Origin: the human T2T-CHM13v2.0 reference genome, Homo sapiens
Length of the DNA: 64,000 nucleotides
Strand: one strand, 5' to 3'
Assembly (NCBI RefSeq): GCF_009914755.1
Contig: NC_060927.1
Part shown: positions 58,797-64,000 of the stretch, one piece after another
How positions within the stretch are numbered: position 1 is the stretch's first letter
How the letters are laid out: each line of letters begins with the position of its first letter
The notes under the pieces: generated by a model
Databases searched by the model: none
What the model saw: only the letters and a program-made list of their open reading frames with translations
What the model was told of the DNA's origin: nothing
Position numbers and translations under genes: made by a program

Positions 58797-60190
58797 TGAA
58801 ATCAAGGACTGAGTATGGTAACTACAGCCATTTAATTTTATTTGAAGTCTCCCGTAAAATGTTCTGGAAAAAACAGGGGTTCCAGGGCTGGGTGGGCAGT
58901 TTCAATCATGGACTGGATTTTGTGGTTCAGATTTCTCTGGGCCTGTTGGAGGTTCCCCTTAAGCAATTACCCAAGGCAGTTCTGCCCAGCTGAAGTACTG
59001 ATTACCTGCACACTATACCAGTGAGGACTCATGGGTGAGCAGATGGGAGGCACTGAGCTTGATTCTGAAACCCTGGCCTCCATCCCACCTGACATTCAAT
59101 GTCAGATTAGAATTTGGAAGACCCTAAGTCTCCAGATTGGTGCACTGGGTAGCTCCTGAAATGGGGTGGCTGAGACAGGTCCTCTGTGCCCCCTTCCACA
59201 GCTTCCTCTGGGGCCCTTCTGCTCACTGGCATGTGCTTCTGGGCAAATAGGCCTCTCCCAGCATTTGTTTTGGCTCTGTGAAATGGGGTAATATTTGTTC
59301 CTATTGCGGGTGAAGCGCTGCTGCTGGGATGCTCAGGTAACTCACTCCGTGGGTAGCTGATATTGCCTGGGCAAGTGGCATTTTAGAGGAAATCTGTGCC
59401 ATCAAAAGAGTTGGACCTGATCACACTTTTGCTTTTGAATATGCTTTGTCCCAGCCTGGCCATTTGTCACTTGGGACCCCCTGGGTCTCTCTGACCCCAC
59501 TGTAAAATGGATATGCCATGGAGTTGTCCCAGGAATCAAGGGCAGGTCCTCTCCAGTGAGTGATGGGCTTGCCTCTCACTTCTCTAACACCCTTCTGCTT
59601 CCTTGTGCAAGATTTCACTATTAGTGGCTATTCTTTTTTACAGAAGAAAAAGGGAGACGCATGCCTCTTCCAGTTCACTGTTCACCATTGCAGCATATTT
59701 ATTCCAAGGGACTGGCCGAATCATCCCTTTCTTTGTTAGAATGTGGTTTTGTTGCCTTGAGACAAGTGGCCCGCATGTCTGCACTGAAGGAGGCTTTGCG
59801 CAATAGCCTTGGGCACCTCCGGTTCTGCAAGCATGTACAGTACTTGCTCTCCTTTCCCTTTCTTTGTATACTTTTTCTGGTCTGCTACGTGTCCATCTGC
59901 ATGTGGATAAAGGGTCGTCGTCTTGAGTAGTGATTTTGCTGTGATGTGATTCCTGTGAGGTCTAGTTGCACACAGTGATTCCGAAGGTAGACCCAGCTGG
60001 AAAGCTTTTAAATTGCTGATACTCCAGCCCCACTCCCCAAGAGATGCTGATTTTGTTTTGTTTTGGGGAGGGCAGTTTTTTGTTTTTTTTTTTTAAGCTT
60101 TTTGATGTGTAGCCAGGGTTGAGACTGAAGTGATTTTTGTGAGTAACGGAGAAGTGTTAAGGCTTGAGAAGTTGGAAGAGCCATGCTTGA

Positions 60191-60629
<439 letters not shown>

Positions 60630-61860
60630 TGATTGTAGTGGGGCATTTTATAATTAGGAAAAATTAATCAGGAAAAATCACTCCATGTAGATTAGTACCA
60701 CCATATGAGGGGACAAGAATTTCTTCAGATTAGGAACTTCTTCCAACAGGACTGACAGGGTCCAAAACTACTCTTGGATCCAGCTTTAAGATGGACCCAG
60801 CCCACTGTTGAGTCCCCTCTGAGGTCTTCTCTCTGTGGATGGATTTGATTGTTAACAATGGCTGAGTCATGTGGCACCCAGCCCGGTGAGTAAGACAGCT
60901 GAGTAAGAGGGGAAACAGGGCCTTTGGTCAGAAAAACCAGACTGACTTCAGTCTTATCTGTTTAGAGAAGCCCCAGAAGCTGCAAAAATTGCAGCTTCCA
61001 GACTTTAGTGTGCCGTGGTCATGACATCGGTGTGGATGGCAGGTTGTCATCTGAGCAGTCAGGGTGGCAGCACACAGCTTGCGGGCTGGCTGATGGCCGA
61101 GGTGTGTGAACTGACCTGCCCCAAGTGACTTCAGTGCTGGGCACAGCATAGGAGCAGTACTAATGATATGGACAGTATGCTCAGAGGACGTTAGGGAGCA
61201 CAGCTTTGTGTAAAGGGCATGCCCTGCCCTGTCCGGATTTAAAGCAGCTATAGCACTGAAACCCCATGGTCACCCTTGCATTTCTACACTTCTGCCTGTG
61301 CCAAGTCTAGTTTGTGTGCCTCCTCCATTTTGTGTGTACATGGGGGTATTTTTTTCTGCTAGGCAACTGCTATTTATGCCTCTCAGTACTGTACTTAGTG
61401 TGTACCATTCCTGCAAGGTATAGACATTGTCAGCCCATTTTACAGATGAGGAAAATGGAGTTTTTGAGAGGGTGAGATCATTCAGTGGCAGAATGGAATG
61501 TTAACCCAGGTAGTCTAACCTCTCTGCTGTAGATCTGATGTCCATTTGAACTTTAGACTTCCCATCTGTGTCTACAGTCTAGCCCTTAAAAAATGTGATA
61601 AACAGGTTTTTAGGTAAGTCTGTTAATTTCAGAAAGACATTATTATTATTTTTTAGAAAGTTAGAGCTTATGTTAGGGCTCAGTCTATCCTCCTGCCTCA
61701 GCTGCCTGAATAGCTGGGACTGCAGGCACATGCCACCATGCCTGGTTAATTTCTGTGGTATACATCATTGATTACTGAGAAGTCACAGTCCGTTGTTAAA
61801 TAACTGAGCTATTCATAGCCAAATCATTTTTAAAAACACAAATATAAGCAAAAACAAAAC

Positions 61861-62160
<300 letters not shown>

Positions 62161-62639
62161 CAAACATGTGGTTTTTTTAAATGAAAGTGTGTTCATTTTA
62201 CAAACAGTGCATTCTTACTAATTTTACAGGCCCTGTGCTAGGGACATGGCCTCGTCTTCCGCTATCTTAGAGTGAAGAAGTAAAGACAGAGAAAGTGTTC
62301 ACAAGTTGCTGCACAAGTCTCATTGCAGTGCCTCCCAGAGGCGCGAAGAGCAACACCTTTCACCTGGGCTGTCCTAGAAGGCCCATGGCAGGGTGGGGTT
62401 GGTGAACACTGGGGCTTAAGGGGGTGAATTCAGAAGACAAAGGACCTTCTGGGCAAAGAAGGGCCCAGTAGTGGGAAGTGCAGGAGTGTGAGAGTGCCTG
62501 GAATTGCCCACTCACTGGCTCTGGAGCTTGGTGCTGAGTGCTTGGGAAGTGTTGGGAGGATCAGTTATATTGCTGGCTGGGTTCTAAAGAACCTCCAAAG
62601 TTTACATAAAAGTTACCTTTGATTTGACTGTTCTACCCT

Positions 62640-62797
62640 CCAGTCACGTGGCTAAATTAATTAAATCAAATTTAAAATTAAGCTCAGCCATACCAAGTAT
62701 ATCCAGTGTTCAATAGGTACATGTGGCTTGTGGCTGATGCACTGGACAGTGTACATATAAAACATTTCCATCGTTGCAGAAACTTCTATTGAACAGC
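62640..62797. mobile_element. MER3 (hAT-Charlie)
   Basis: acatttccatcgttgcagaaacttctattgaacagc. Confidence 0.7.
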
Positions 62798-62800
62798 AGT

Positions 62801-63163
62801 TGTATTAGTCCGTTCTCAACACTGCTGTGAAGAAATACCTGAGACTGGGTAATTTATAAAGGAAAGAGGTTTAATTGATTCCCAGTTCCACAGGGCTGGG
62901 GAAGTCTCGGGAAACTTACAATCATGGCAGAAGGGGAAGCAAACATGTCCTTCTTCACATGGAGGCCGCAGCAAGGAGAAGTGCAGAGAGAAGAGGGGGA
63001 AAAGCCCCTTATAAAACCATCAGATCTTGTGAGAACAGCAGCATGGGGGTAACCATTCCCCTGATTCAATTACCTCCCACCAGGTCCCTCCAATGACCTG
63101 TGGGGATTATGGGAACTACAATTTAAGATGAGATTTGGGTGGGGACATAGCCAAGCCACATCA
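62801..63163 (-). mobile_element. THE1 (C/D-like) MaLR solo LTR
   Basis: tgtattagtc...gagactgggtaatttataaaggaaagagg...gatttgggtggggacatagccaagccacatca. Confidence 0.9.
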
Positions 63164-63197
63164 GTGTTGTTACACACCACAGTGGTGCTGTGGTGTG

Positions 63198-63720
<523 letters not shown>

Positions 63721-64000
63721 TGTAGATGGTAGGGTACGGTAGAAGGTGTTCAAGCCAGGAGTAACATGAATGATTGTATTTATGGCCTAAGAGGATAACT
63801 CGTGGTGGTGGGCGGGCCATATTTGTGGAGAGACCCATTTTCAGTGACTTCCAAGAGTCTGCGTGAGAGATGACTGAGGTCTTGCCCTGGCAGGAATGGT
63901 TCCATTAATCTGTGTCTCATTTGACAAATGAGGAACTACAAATGGGAACAGTTTAAGATGAGATTTGGGTGGGGACACAGCCAAACCACATCAGTGGTGC

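Overview
Primate, very likely human, genomic DNA carrying the 5' end of FLNB (filamin B) on the + strand. It contains about 16.5 kb of repeat-dense upstream sequence, a CpG-island/GC-box promoter, coding exon 1 (ATG 16978 to splice donor after 17269; [25 protein letters not shown]..., start of the CH1 actin-binding domain) and the first ~47 kb of intron 1. I could not recognise exon 2 in the window. The rest is interspersed repeat: about 70 Alu copies or fragments, L1/L2/MIR remnants, LTRs (MLT1D, LTR8-type, THE1, a MER34/39-like LTR), DNA-transposon fossils (Tigger3b, MER44, MER33, MER81, MER30, MER5, MER3, MER58A) and microsatellites. Nearly all other ORFs in the track are Alu or low-complexity artefacts. 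I see no previously undescribed multi-gene system. The most interesting signals are local: an apparent rearrangement with an inversion inside a Tigger3b, a hairpin at an Alu deletion junction, two short local duplications, LTR-borne and palindromic CArG boxes, nested opposite-strand Alus and an antisense Alu bias in the intron. Repeat families were assigned from memory of consensus sequences and boundaries are approximate.
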